A stretch of 64,000 bases of DNA from a virus. The notes below the pieces were generated by a model, which was not told the origin of the DNA, did no database searches, and saw nothing but the letters and a program-made list of their open reading frames with translations. Shown piece after piece: positions 19,845-30,253 of the stretch. Where the stretch lies: IMG/VR virus record IMGVR_UViG_3300025133_000033; one strand, written 5' to 3'. Each line of letters starts with the position of its first letter. The stretch's first letter is position 1. The translations under genes were made by a program, and so were the position numbers.

Positions 19845-20343
19845 CCACTACCAGCGTAAATGCTGCTCCTGAACCAACTGCCCCATCCCCCAAGATGACT
19901 TCTCGATTGGTCCCATCTACCACTAGTCCAGCCGTAGGATCGGAATAAATATAGCAGGACTTAGGCTTTATCAGCACATTTCCAGTTCCGCCATTAAACA
20001 AAGTGTCTAAAGCCAATGTTCCTGTAGAGTATACATGAATATCTACTCCAGACAATGTTTGTCTGTTCTCAAAAATTATACTCTTGACTTGATTGAATTG
20101 AACAGATGTGACTAAATCAAAAACTTCTTTTTCTAGTGCCCTAAGATCGAAGTACTGCTTACCCCCTGAAGGAAGGTTCCCGCTCGCAATTACACCGTAG
20201 TTAATTTCCTCAGAGCCAGTGCCATTAGTAAGAGCCTGACTATAGGCTAGACCAGCGGACTCATTCTGTAGATTTGATCCTGCTTTAATTAAAGTAAAAT
20301 TAATATCACTTTCTAGAGTGGCTGTTGCCGTTACGTTTGACAT
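19828..20343 (-). CDS. hypothetical beta-rich protein (possibly virion)
   Basis: G/T/S-rich composition. Confidence 0.55.
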   Translation of the reverse strand: MSNVTATATLESDINFTLIKAGSNLQNESAGLAYSQALTNGTGSEEINYGVIASGNLPSGGKQYFDLRALEKEVFDLVTSVQFNQVKSIIFENRQTLSGVDIHVYSTGTLALDTLFNGGTGNVLIKPKSCYIYSDPTAGLVVDGTNREVILGDGAVGSGAAFTLVVVGTTG

Positions 20344-20782
20344 TTTTATCCCTTATCTTTCTCTTTCTTACTTGTTTGATTCGATGAGGCTCTAAGTTCA
20401 TGCCTGTATGTGGTGACACGCACGTTGGTCCCATATAGATGAATGCAAAACCTGCATTTTTATGAGAGGCCCCATAGGTATGTAGTCCCTTATTGTCCAT
20501 TCCTACTACCTTAAATACACCAGTATGACCCATTCTAATCCGTTCTCCAGCTCTCCCGTCCTCTGAGTCATATTGGGCTAAGAAGTATGGTCCTGTACCT
20601 TGTACAACCTTAATATAAGTATCTATTTCGAGATTTTTCCAATCCATTATCTCATTTTTAATAGGAGTTTTCTTAGCAACAAACTCATGGCGACAATATT
20701 TGCAGATAAAGCTGCGTGAAGCACTTACTCCTCCGCACTCAGGGCATAGCTTTTGTCCACGTTTTAGCTTTAGATTAGTCAT
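20306..20782 (-). CDS. zinc-ribbon protein
   Basis: CPEC...CKYC. Confidence 0.65.
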   Translation of the reverse strand: MTNLKLKRGQKLCPECGGVSASRSFICKYCRHEFVAKKTPIKNEIMDWKNLEIDTYIKVVQGTGPYFLAQYDSEDGRAGERIRMGHTGVFKVVGMDNKGLHTYGASHKNAGFAFIYMGPTCVSPHTGMNLEPHRIKQVRKRKIRDKNVKRNGNSHSRK

Positions 20783-20811
20783 TAAAAGTGTCCTATTAAA
20801 TTAGTATTGTA

Positions 20812-21117
20812 TCATCCGTTCACGCTATCGTCAAGATCCTTCTCCCTAAGAAAAGCACCGATCCCTGCCAGCAGGACCGATTCAGTGCCCCACAGCTCGT
20901 CACGACTTCTCTTGCTCATTTTTGCCGCCACCTCGTCCTTTGACCAGCGAACGAGCGTAGAGTCCCCCTTCTTGGCGACAAAGGCCCACTTGGATTCTTC
21001 GTCCTCTTCGGGTTTCTCGGGTATGGTTTCTTCGTAGCCAAAATAAAAGTAATATTGACCAGCAGTTAATATTGCATAATCATCACTGGTAGCCAGTGTG
21101 GTTTTCTTTGTTTTCAT
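20812..21117 (-). CDS. hypothetical protein
   Basis: ORF in gene run. Confidence 0.55.
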   Translation of the reverse strand: MKTKKTTLATSDDYAILTAGQYYFYFGYEETIPEKPEEDEESKWAFVAKKGDSTLVRWSKDEVAAKMSKRSRDELWGTESVLLAGIGAFLREKDLDDSVNG

Positions 21118-21118
21118 T

Positions 21119-21676
21119 TTACCCTCTATGGTAAGTTAATTCTTCAGATTCAAAATAATTTTCATACTCTTTATCGTAAATTCGTAAGCAGATTTTCCCG
21201 CCGAATTTAAATTCGCTGTAATACTCCTCTTTTTTATCTTCAAGCATCTTAGCAATAGACTCTGGAGATATAATGGCCCAACGAGCACTATCATAATTCA
21301 TATTGCTTAGATCATAGTTAATATTTCCAGTATCGTAGAATAACAGGATAGAAGCACCCGCCTCGACATACTTTTGTAAATTATACACCTTGAACGTACA
21401 CTTGTGTCCTACATAGGAATTCTTAACCTCTAGCTCTACATCATCTCCGTCAATAGTCGCCGCATAGTCAGCATCACAACTAGCCTTACCCTTTACAACC
21501 TTACCGGAGTTATCCACCCCATTATCACGCACGTCAATTTTGTGACCACGATGTTTCATTTCCCTTTTAAATGTTTGAATAAGAAACTTCTCCTTCTTAG
21601 TCCTCGAACTAATGTCTCGTTTAAATTCAGCATCAGTCCTAACATCTCGTCTCTGGTTGTAACTTCGTTTGCTCAT
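21119..21676 (-). CDS. putative PD-(D/E)xK nuclease
   Basis: DADY...ELEVK motif. Confidence 0.6.
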   Translation of the reverse strand: MSKRSYNQRRDVRTDAEFKRDISSRTKKEKFLIQTFKREMKHRGHKIDVRDNGVDNSGKVVKGKASCDADYAATIDGDDVELEVKNSYVGHKCTFKVYNLQKYVEAGASILLFYDTGNINYDLSNMNYDSARWAIISPESIAKMLEDKKEEYYSEFKFGGKICLRIYDKEYENYFESEELTYHRG

Positions 21677-21774
21677 ATTCTCTTTTCCAAAAAATTTTTA
21701 TGAATAGCTAATTAAAAGACCACTTTTAGGATTCAACAAAAAAATTTTATGCTGACCTGACTAAATGGCAACTT

Positions 21775-22314
21775 TTAGTCCAAATACCTCAAAACATTTT
21801 TTACAGCAGCATTATCATCATTGTCTCGCGGCCCGCTCATGAAGGCTATCTTTATATCGTTTTTTACAAGCAGATCTGCTAGATTAGCATCTAGTTCAAG
21901 TGCCTCTTTTGCCGTTTGAACTCGTCCTATGGAATTATAGGTTTTTCGCCGTCTGAGGAAAAAGTTCAGATTATCGAATTCATTGAATTGGTCGATTACG
22001 TACTTAGAAAACGATTTTGGGAACATTCCCGGCTTTTCATAAAGTAGCGAAAGCAAGATTGGAGAGTCTGTTACGACAACATCCACTTTTCCCTTTAATC
22101 GCCATAAATTCCGCATTTGCTTCGAAAAGATGTAGGGTTGGCACTCTAGCGTTTTTGCTCGTTCTTCCCAAACCAGTTCTTTCGCCTCCTCATGGACATA
22201 TTCGACTTTCACCCCTTTCTTCTTCAAGAAATAAGATACACCATATGCCAGAGTAGACTTTCCTGCTCCTGGTCCCGCAAAAAGGTTAATTACCTTCATT
22301 CTATTGACTCCCAA
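21775..22314 (-). CDS. P-loop NTPase/nucleotide kinase (AAA_28/NadR-like)
   Basis: INLFAGPGAGKST, VVTDSPILL, GRVQT. Confidence 0.85.
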   Translation of the reverse strand: MGVNRMKVINLFAGPGAGKSTLAYGVSYFLKKKGVKVEYVHEEAKELVWEERAKTLECQPYIFSKQMRNLWRLKGKVDVVVTDSPILLSLLYEKPGMFPKSFSKYVIDQFNEFDNLNFFLRRRKTYNSIGRVQTAKEALELDANLADLLVKNDIKIAFMSGPRDNDDNAAVKNVLRYLD

Positions 22315-22487
22315 ACAAGTATCACCTCTCCCTTTTTATAGGGAGTGGCAACTTGCATAAAAAGGGTTTCGCCCTTATTCACTCCTTCAAGCAATTTGAC
22401 CTTTGCTCTACCACAGTGAATACCGTGAAAAAACATTTCATACTCTAGAACCTTAGCCTTAACTTGTTTACGCATCCTACTTTCTCC

Positions 22488-23849
22488 TTAAAAGGGAACG
22501 GGGGGGCACCAATCTGTTCCCGTAAGTGCCCTTTTGATAACAACCTTGGCTGTTCTACAAGCCCCATTTTGCTGGTTTTGAGGACCATGAACCTGGATAA
22601 TGACACCTTTGTTATTCATTTCTATGGTAGCCTTATTTCCTGATTTCTCATAATGATAGATGAAGCTTTGGCCTTGAGCTGCTTTATATGCATAAGAGCC
22701 AACACAATGACTCATCTTTTTGCCTTCTCCACGAACTTCTCCCACAGTTTTCAAAAGGGTAAGTCCAGAGATATCTAGTTCTCCCCAAGGAGGATCAGGA
22801 AGAGCATAACTATCTTTATAACGAGACTCATACATAGTGGTCATGGGTCCATTCAATCTTACCTGGCCTTCATGCCACCTAAAACTTCGCATAAATAAAC
22901 CCTTCAGATCTCCATGATAAGTTTCAGGATAGTCATTCAAGTATCTTTTAAAGTCCTCTATCCTAGACATTCTGTTCATTTTATAATCCAGACCTCGATA
23001 ACGAGCCATACGTGCTACACGCAAAATGTCTTCATTTGTACTACGACGAAATACGGAAAGATGCCTATCAGAATGTATAAAGTCTCCGCGATCTGTAAGC
23101 ATGAATAAGATCTTTACCTTACCATACCAAGGCGTATCTAAGCGATGACGCCGTACATCCTCAACTATACCACCGTACATACATCTTGGAAAGCTCATTA
23201 GAGTTTTATTCAAAGACCTATAAGGCTTTCCTGTATCAGAATACATCTCCATCCAATTAACATCGTCTGGTACAACCTTACTATGCACGCGAAGACTTCT
23301 CAGTGCGTATGCTGCCGCAGGATACTTAAGAAGATCGCTAAGCCAATATTTCGATTGAAATGCCGATTCTAAAAAGGAACTAGAAAAGGCTCCAAGGGCA
23401 CCAGGACCAAAGGCGGAACAAAGAGCCCTAGAAAGAGTCCGGCGAGCGGGATCTTGGTATTTCTCCATCATTTCGTTCCAATGAGTAGCAAACCTCTTGC
23501 GGATATTATAAACCGCTTTACCATGCCACCACTTCTTTAGCTTGCGAGGCAAATCCTTTCCTGTATTCTTTTCTTTCCAAAAATCAGGCTGATAACTGGG
23601 CTGAGTAAAACGATTAGTATGATCATAGGGCCAATTAAGCAATATCTCCATACATTGTTTTTGTAGCTCGCGATACTGAGCCGCGAAAAAGAATTGCGAT
23701 ACCCCGTATGTACAGCCCTGCTCGTATTTTGCAACATCAACCATCACAACGCCAAAGTCGCGTGCTAGGATACTCACCTGACTGCCCGTTACTTTATTAG
23801 TAACGGTGAACCCGCCATCAGTTTTTTCAAAAAGAAATTTAAATAACAT
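22488..23849 (-). CDS. PcfJ-like domain protein
   Basis: C-terminal EGKKMSHCVGSY...ATIE...Q.HG..N. Confidence 0.75.
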   Translation of the reverse strand: MLFKFLFEKTDGGFTVTNKVTGSQVSILARDFGVVMVDVAKYEQGCTYGVSQFFFAAQYRELQKQCMEILLNWPYDHTNRFTQPSYQPDFWKEKNTGKDLPRKLKKWWHGKAVYNIRKRFATHWNEMMEKYQDPARRTLSRALCSAFGPGALGAFSSSFLESAFQSKYWLSDLLKYPAAAYALRSLRVHSKVVPDDVNWMEMYSDTGKPYRSLNKTLMSFPRCMYGGIVEDVRRHRLDTPWYGKVKILFMLTDRGDFIHSDRHLSVFRRSTNEDILRVARMARYRGLDYKMNRMSRIEDFKRYLNDYPETYHGDLKGLFMRSFRWHEGQVRLNGPMTTMYESRYKDSYALPDPPWGELDISGLTLLKTVGEVRGEGKKMSHCVGSYAYKAAQGQSFIYHYEKSGNKATIEMNNKGVIIQVHGPQNQQNGACRTAKVVIKRALTGTDWCPPVPF

Positions 23850-24021
23850 AGTTTATCTTAAGTAAGAATACCTATTGTTGTTGCGATAATACCTAATATA
23901 GTAGCAAGATACAGGAAGCAGAAATACTCTGTCTGCGTTCTGGACCCATGCATAACTACGAACATTGCCACAGAGAGCCCCATAAACAGGAGTCCTGATA
24001 TTTGGAGTGGTGTAAGAATCA

Positions 24022-24393
24022 TCATTTTATTACGCCTGCTTTCTTATAAAAGGAACGACGGTAATTTTCGCTATATACGTTAAACTCTTTTTCTTTTTTA
24101 CATCTCGCCTTAGCTTTATGAATAAGACTGGTCCCAATCCCTCGTCTACGATATTTCGATTTTACATAGACCATAAGGTTGCAATCCCATACATGGGACT
24201 CTGTAATAATAGCCACTCCTATAGGAGTCTCCCCATCAAAAGCCATAGCCATAGAGTAGACTGGATAACCAGGAATTGCACATGCTACTTTGATCCCGCT
24301 AGAGCCCCACTGAAAGTGTAGTCGGTGGGCGATGACTAGACCTTTCCACTCTTTTATTTTTCGGCTACTTTTAGTTGTCTTATACTTTATCAA
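24022..24393 (-). CDS. GNAT acetyltransferase
   Basis: VYVKSKYRRRGIGTSL, FYKK. Confidence 0.85.
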   Translation of the reverse strand: MIKYKTTKSSRKIKEWKGLVIAHRLHFQWGSSGIKVACAIPGYPVYSMAMAFDGETPIGVAIITESHVWDCNLMVYVKSKYRRRGIGTSLIHKAKARCKKEKEFNVYSENYRRSFYKKAGVIK

Positions 24394-25331
24394 ATCAATT
24401 TCCTCCCACCTTTGGTCTTAATGATCTTATGATGTTGGATCAGCCACGGCTCAATTGTACTCTTCACTGTCTCTATGTCAACATTAATTCCAGAACAAAT
24501 TGAATCTACTCCAACCGGACCTCCTCCATTTTTCAACAAAAAATCAAGATAGAGACGGTCGTTCTCGGTCGATCCATCTAGGCCAATTCCACGAAGTGCC
24601 AATGCACGCTCTACGTGGCTCGCTGAGAGCCTTGAGACCCTTTTGGCGATACCGTAGTCGCGAATCCACTCCAGTAGCCCATTGGCGATCCTGGGGGTTC
24701 CTCGGCTGGATTTGGCAATTGTCGTCAAACCCTCCTGTCCGATGGGAACTTCTAGCTTTTTGGCGTTATTTATCAACAAAATAACCAATTCCTCTGGATC
24801 ATAGAGACGCAGAGGGAACTTCAGCTTGAATCGGTCGCGGAATGGAGCAGCAAGACTTCCCATTTCAGTCGTTGCACCCACTAAAGTGAATTCTGGCAGT
24901 TGCTCGCTGATTACTTCACCCACTTGTCCCTTTTTTCCTTCCACAGAGATATCTAAGCGGAAATCTTCCATTACAGGATACAGGAACTCTTCAACTAGAT
25001 TGGTGATTCGGTGAATTTCATCAATAAAAAGAATCGAGCGTCGATAGCGAGCAGGATTAGCCACCATCTTCCATAGGAGAGGTAGCAGCTTACTTACAGT
25101 TCGGAGATTTGCCCCATTAGCCACCTGAATGTCAACATTTAGCTCATTGGCCAGTGCATTAGCCAGAGTGGTCTTGCCAAGTCCTGGTGGACCGTGGAAT
25201 AAGCAGTGATTGAGAGCAGCATCTCGCTGATTAGACGATACTACAGCGATCTTTAGCGACTCAAGAAGTTCTTCCTGGCCAACTAGGTCATTAAACCGTT
25301 CGGGTCGTAGTATATTCATCGGAACTTTCAT
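24390..25331 (-). CDS. ruvB: Holliday junction branch migration helicase RuvB
   Basis: LRP..F...GQ, GPPGLGKTTLA, FIDEIHR, LYPVMED, GATT, RDRF, RGTPRIAN. Confidence 0.95.
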   Translation of the reverse strand: MKVPMNILRPERFNDLVGQEELLESLKIAVVSSNQRDAALNHCLFHGPPGLGKTTLANALANELNVDIQVANGANLRTVSKLLPLLWKMVANPARYRRSILFIDEIHRITNLVEEFLYPVMEDFRLDISVEGKKGQVGEVISEQLPEFTLVGATTEMGSLAAPFRDRFKLKFPLRLYDPEELVILLINNAKKLEVPIGQEGLTTIAKSSRGTPRIANGLLEWIRDYGIAKRVSRLSASHVERALALRGIGLDGSTENDRLYLDFLLKNGGGPVGVDSICSGINVDIETVKSTIEPWLIQHHKIIKTKGGRKLI

Positions 25332-25689
25332 GTGCCAAAGCTAGTTTAACTAAGACAGAAGCTTTGGTGTTTTTAGGTAGAGATTTTTTTGTTAAAGCCG
25401 CAAGCAGAAGAGAATACGCCTCTTTAGCATCATAGCCCAGACCTACCAACGTCCATTTTGCTGCCGATAAAGAAGTATGAGGATAAGTGTCCTTGGCAGG
25501 AGCCCTCTTTTCCCTTTCTTCAACCATAACAACAACAGGCTCTATATCAATCGACTCCCAGCAATTAACACACTCGTGTTTGATCTTACGAGCTGTTGGG
25601 ATCTGATCATTACGAAACTTGAAGGCTAACCTGCAATTAGGACATTGATAGTTAATGTCTACTTCGTAGTTGATTATTTTTGCTTTCAT
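25291..25689 (-). CDS. Zn-ribbon fused to RuvA domain III-like C-terminus
   Basis: CPNC/CVNC; A...LVGLGYDAKEA...LVKLAL; overlaps ruvB start. Confidence 0.65.
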   Translation of the reverse strand: MKAKIINYEVDINYQCPNCRLAFKFRNDQIPTARKIKHECVNCWESIDIEPVVVMVEEREKRAPAKDTYPHTSLSAAKWTLVGLGYDAKEAYSLLLAALTKKSLPKNTKASVLVKLALAHESSDEYTTTRTV

Positions 25690-25757
25690 TTTAAAAGAGG
25701 GGCTAGTTTCCTAACCCCTCCCCCTAATGAGATGCTCGCGATAGAAAGAGCATACTC

Positions 25758-26123
25758 TTATTCTGTGTCTGTTTCCGGCGATGGATCAAGAACCTCAATC
25801 TCATCACGCTCAGGCATCACGAAGCCCTCTGGATCAGGAACAGGAGGAACCGTTGACACTTCTTTTTCTAAAAGAATAGAGTAATTCTCAAAGTCTTTGC
25901 CGCTATTTCCCGCTCTAAACACGGTAGACTGATTAGCTTCATTCTCATGCTTATAGTCTACCCTTACCTCCTGACCTTCCTGAACGGGTATAGTATACAC
26001 GTACTCGTTTTCATCAAGATCGTATTCGAACCTGGGATCTGCTTTCACTGAAACCTTTACACGTCGAGTAAAGCTTTCATCTTCAGGAACGTTGACCTTC
26101 TTCACAATTAAAACATATTGCAT
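25758..26123 (-). CDS. hypothetical protein
   Basis: ORF with GAGGAG RBS. Confidence 0.6.
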   Translation of the reverse strand: MQYVLIVKKVNVPEDESFTRRVKVSVKADPRFEYDLDENEYVYTIPVQEGQEVRVDYKHENEANQSTVFRAGNSGKDFENYSILLEKEVSTVPPVPDPEGFVMPERDEIEVLDPSPETDTE

Positions 26124-26144
26124 CTGTTTCTCCTCGCTTTTTAT

Positions 26145-27020
26145 TTAATAACCAAACTCGTCGTAGCTATCATCATCATCATAGCTATCGTCGTAATCAT
26201 CATCATCATCGTCATCATACTCGTCACCTTCATCGGTGGCAAGAGTATAGGCTAGTTCGCCTTCGTAATCCTTAACTACATAGTACTCTTCAGTCCTTAG
26301 TTTCTGACAGTCAGAACATAGAGGAACCGAAACAACATGCATCGGATTAATCTTGACGATGATACATTTATCAGAAGTCTCGGTAAAGCTGAGATCTCCT
26401 TCGTCGTCCTTTTGAAAACTTCCAAAAGATTCAACATACGATAGAGTACCGGCATGAAGACCTCTGGAGCATCCGTTCTCACGATTGTCGTCAATCTTAC
26501 GACGAGCCTCATTCACTGTCGAACCTACGCTATTGTCCTTGGTGCCAGTCCTCTTGTCTCTATAGTCACAAGTAACTGCCTTATACGCAAGGAAGTCGCC
26601 GTCTTCACAGATGGGCAGACTACGATGGTCTAGAAAGTCGTACAGTTCCTTGGCCGACTGATAGCTAGGGTTCTGCATTATCTTCTTGATAAAATTAACC
26701 AGACCTTGCACAGGAAGATCCTCCTTAACAAAATCTAGCAGACGATCAATCATAGTTCCATGAATGGGCTCTTCGTCGCCATCTTCGTCAGTATAGACAA
26801 CTTCGCCGTTCTCTACACGAAGACTTTCATCTTGAATAGACAGATAGCTCTGCACTCGTGCAGACCGATCAATGATATCCACAAGATCGTCTTCTGTAGC
26901 ACCTTCTCGTAGTGCGTCCAAGGCTTTAGGATGAGCCTCGTCAGTTACACTAACGTAATACTGGCGATGGTTCAATACCAAGCTAAGATTACCACTTCCA
27001 TCTTTTGTCCACGCAACCAT
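26145..27020 (-). CDS. rIIB: rIIB-like protein
   Basis: NPS...ELYDFL...DGDFLAYKAV...CSRGLHAG...VKINP..VVSVP. Confidence 0.9.
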   Translation of the reverse strand: MVAWTKDGSGNLSLVLNHRQYYVSVTDEAHPKALDALREGATEDDLVDIIDRSARVQSYLSIQDESLRVENGEVVYTDEDGDEEPIHGTMIDRLLDFVKEDLPVQGLVNFIKKIMQNPSYQSAKELYDFLDHRSLPICEDGDFLAYKAVTCDYRDKRTGTKDNSVGSTVNEARRKIDDNRENGCSRGLHAGTLSYVESFGSFQKDDEGDLSFTETSDKCIIVKINPMHVVSVPLCSDCQKLRTEEYYVVKDYEGELAYTLATDEGDEYDDDDDDDYDDSYDDDDSYDEFGY

Positions 27021-27022
27021 GA

Positions 27023-29062
27023 TTATTCTCCAGAGTGTAAAGTTGCCAAATCTAACATATTAATAGTATCCACCAACATTGATGAATGCGAAGAAAGTTG
27101 CCAGTCTCCAATCTCGTCAAGGAAAGAGATTAAGATAGGGTATCTTTCTCTTACTGCGTCTTCCAACTCTTCAACTTTAATCGAGTCTTTCTTGTATTCA
27201 AAATTATACCCCGCTAGACTCGCAAGAGATACAAAAGAGCTGACAAAATTATCAGTTTTTACATTTTTTAAATCCTTCGTATAGTCAGCCAAGAGCTTAG
27301 CAGGGCTGTTTGGGTCGATGAACTCCCCTCCGCCAGCAATAGTGCATAGCCGTTTTCCTAGACCCATGATGCCCAATGCGTACATATTGGAGGCACGCTC
27401 TTGAAGGTTGTCTCCATCCAACTCTGCCAGTTCCGCCTTAATCCAGTCTCGGAAATGAATAAAGTTCGACTTGTTAGACAGCTTACTTGTTTGGTTATTA
27501 AGCCCGATAATATCTGGAACATCCAAGCCTAAAGAAACGCATTCGTTTCTAGCACTATGAACGTTAAAGTCCATATCATATCTGTCCAGGTTAATATACA
27601 CCTGATCCTCAGACACATCAATTTCGCACTCAGTATCCCAGTATCGAGACTCATAGACGTTACTACGAGTTGAACTGTTCCCTTTAGGACAATACCCTTT
27701 TACTGTTCTAGTGGTCTTTCTAACACGAGACCCACGAGCCGCTGGTGCAGGCTTAGGTAGCTCACTAGACAGGAAGACAACATTGTCGGGCTCTGTAGCA
27801 CCAACCGCTGTCAGGGCCTCAGCCTTTGTTATTCCTTTTACTAGATAAACAAAAAGGTCCGAATCAGTGCTTGCCAAAAGACGACAGGCTTTATCAAACC
27901 CACGCTCCTCGTCTTGAATTACAATCTTAGAGTAGGGAGATACTGGACAACTATTCTTATATTCCAGAGTATTCCTTTTAACCTTGGTTCCAGTACCAAC
28001 GCCGCTATACTTGAATCTCCAGGTAGCCTCAAGCTCTATGCTCTTAACAATGTCCCACTTCGAAGAAGAGAAGTCAAGGTTAAGATTAGTAAGCTTAGTT
28101 CTCCACCTTTTAGCAAGTAGAGAGGCATCCCACTGGCTTTCGCATTCGTCTAACTGCTTAGTTACTTGTATTCCTACTTCACTAGCAATCTCTTCACAAC
28201 GACGCTTAATTGTCGCAATTGTTTCGTCGTTGTATTCTAATTGCTCACGAGAGGGAGTCATATGAACCTCTCCCATGTCAACAGTGAAGTGAACACCTTT
28301 ATCTAAGATCTTCTCTGCAACGCTGCCATATGGCATCTGACTTGAATTAACAGGATAAGCAATGTTACCCATAACCACATACGATCTCTCATAACTCCCA
28401 GTCATATACCAAGAGTCACCTTCAAGAGTTTTTTCGTATGTCTTAAGAGCAAATTCATCGCTCCCATTAACTACAGGTGAAGTAGAGAAGAACGAATAGA
28501 CATGCTCTGCCGACTTGCGGAAGCGGGTATGGTCATCTTCTTTTACAGCAAAAGAAATCTCAACCCCATTAGGTTCGTCCGTTGGATGTTCACCGTACAC
28601 ATTGAGTTCTGGAATACCAGACTCATTGTAGCACATAGTGTACATTCGTAGGCAACCATCAATGTAGGTTGTCACATTGAAGCTGTCGCTGTATGCGAGA
28701 GGAGTCTTAGACCCGATACCAAAGTATCCAGTTTCATCATTGGTATGCTGCTTGTCAGACTTCATGTACTCTGCGTACACGTTTCTCATAGTGTCTGGAG
28801 ACATACTCACACCAAAGTCACGAATCCGCAAATGAGGATCGAGCTGAGTGGGTAACTGGACACGAAACGGAGTATCGTTAATCTCCGCCCGATAATGGGA
28901 ATCCATCGCATTGGCACCCAACTCTTGCAGGATCGCTTTAATAGGATCAGAGTATTGGCGTGCCAACATTTTAAAAGAATGGGCAGTTGGTGCCAGACCG
29001 CAAGTAATGCGTTCTACGATACCATGTCGTTCAATATCGTTCGGCGTGTTTTGAACTTTCAT
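27023..29062 (-). CDS. rIIA: rIIA-like protein (N-terminal GHKL ATPase)
   Basis: YSDP...EL.ANA.DSH, IRDFGVSM, GYFGIGSKTPLAYSDSF, VVMGNIAYP; adjacent to rIIB. Confidence 0.9.
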   Translation of the reverse strand: MKVQNTPNDIERHGIVERITCGLAPTAHSFKMLARQYSDPIKAILQELGANAMDSHYRAEINDTPFRVQLPTQLDPHLRIRDFGVSMSPDTMRNVYAEYMKSDKQHTNDETGYFGIGSKTPLAYSDSFNVTTYIDGCLRMYTMCYNESGIPELNVYGEHPTDEPNGVEISFAVKEDDHTRFRKSAEHVYSFFSTSPVVNGSDEFALKTYEKTLEGDSWYMTGSYERSYVVMGNIAYPVNSSQMPYGSVAEKILDKGVHFTVDMGEVHMTPSREQLEYNDETIATIKRRCEEIASEVGIQVTKQLDECESQWDASLLAKRWRTKLTNLNLDFSSSKWDIVKSIELEATWRFKYSGVGTGTKVKRNTLEYKNSCPVSPYSKIVIQDEERGFDKACRLLASTDSDLFVYLVKGITKAEALTAVGATEPDNVVFLSSELPKPAPAARGSRVRKTTRTVKGYCPKGNSSTRSNVYESRYWDTECEIDVSEDQVYINLDRYDMDFNVHSARNECVSLGLDVPDIIGLNNQTSKLSNKSNFIHFRDWIKAELAELDGDNLQERASNMYALGIMGLGKRLCTIAGGGEFIDPNSPAKLLADYTKDLKNVKTDNFVSSFVSLASLAGYNFEYKKDSIKVEELEDAVRERYPILISFLDEIGDWQLSSHSSMLVDTINMLDLATLHSGE

Positions 29063-29128
29063 CTTGTGTCTCCGGTTTTCGTTAAGTGTTTCACTGATGC
29101 ATTCATTTTAGCATAGGAATCAGTGAAG

Positions 29129-29356
29129 TCAACCCGTACTGGGAAAAATTTTTACGTATTCTTCATTTACTTCGTCTGAGTCAATTTTTTGGGTATCGGG
29201 ATGCACACCAAAACCCTGCTCTGATACCCAGTAGTGCCCGCCAACCATAATCGTTGAAAAACGAAATAGATGTAAAGCTTTAGCACAGGCAACAACTGGA
29301 TTATCAGCCTCTACGATAGTAGTCTCTTTACCGTCTCGGATATAATACTTAGGCAT
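29129..29356 (-). CDS. hypothetical protein (MPKYYI...)
   Basis: Likely start at the MPKYY Met overlapping the end of the sigma gene. Confidence 0.55.
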   Translation of the reverse strand: MPKYYIRDGKETTIVEADNPVVACAKALHLFRFSTIMVGGHYWVSEQGFGVHPDTQKIDSDEVNEEYVKIFPSTG

Positions 29357-30158
29357 GAGACAATTCCTTCCTTGCCTGAGCCGCTTCCTTAACAGCCTTC
29401 TTAGTTTTACGAATAGTCTTTCCAACTTCCTGAACAGAACTATCTAAGTCCTCAGCAGTTAATCGGGTCTTGTTATTCTTATGGATATAACGCAACCAGT
29501 GGAAGAAGGTCTCCTTCTCGCTTTCGTCCTCAACTGTTTCTTCTACTAACTCAATCAACTCTGCTAAGCAACCATCTATATTAGTTCTGGTATCAGACTC
29601 CAACGCCTCCTGGTTATGAAGCCTCATATTCAGTACTGTATAGTCGATTCTCTTTGAAGACATGATACGCATCAATAGCTTGATACGCTTTACAGTCAAC
29701 CCTGTACTCTTGCGGATAGTCTCAATATCCTCACTGCCAGAGTCTCTGATTTTCTTCATGTCGTCGCAGGACTGACGACTCATTTCAAACTTATTTTTAA
29801 TTGAATACTTACTTTCTTTGATCATATCAATCAAAGAGTTACGAACATACCAAGTCGCTACTGTACTCAACTTTGCTCGACTAATATCCCATCCATCAAC
29901 TGCACGAATCAAAGCAATGTTTCCATGCTGAATCATATCTTCCAGGTCGATGTGTCGGTTATTCTTTCGAAACTTTTGAGCAAGGTCGTAAACCAGCGGC
30001 AAGCAGCTCGCAATCAATTGATCTCGGGCTACTTGATCTCCTTCCTTCATCTTGTCATACAATATGCGGTGGTCTGAACTTTTCACTTGGCTATATGCGG
30101 TGGTAAGGTCGATTTTGTATTGATCTGTCATGACGATCTCCTTTAGTTTTGTGAGCAA
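29349..30158 (-). CDS. sigma70-family RNA polymerase sigma factor
   Basis: ARDQLI..CLPLV, DLEDMIQHGNIALIRAVDGWD, STVATWYVR (region 2). Confidence 0.85.
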   Translation of the reverse strand: MLTKLKEIVMTDQYKIDLTTAYSQVKSSDHRILYDKMKEGDQVARDQLIASCLPLVYDLAQKFRKNNRHIDLEDMIQHGNIALIRAVDGWDISRAKLSTVATWYVRNSLIDMIKESKYSIKNKFEMSRQSCDDMKKIRDSGSEDIETIRKSTGLTVKRIKLLMRIMSSKRIDYTVLNMRLHNQEALESDTRTNIDGCLAELIELVEETVEDESEKETFFHWLRYIHKNNKTRLTAEDLDSSVQEVGKTIRKTKKAVKEAAQARKELSHA

Positions 30159-30253
30159 AAATCTACGAGTACACTGTTCTTTTATTATAGCATCGGCAGG
30201 CTATATTTCAAGCCCCCGATTCATTTTTTTTGTATTATTGTCGCTTTCGTTTA

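Noticed and set aside
26160-26240. (TCA/TCG)n microsatellite-like tract
   Set aside because: It encodes the acidic Asp/Tyr tail of rIIB.
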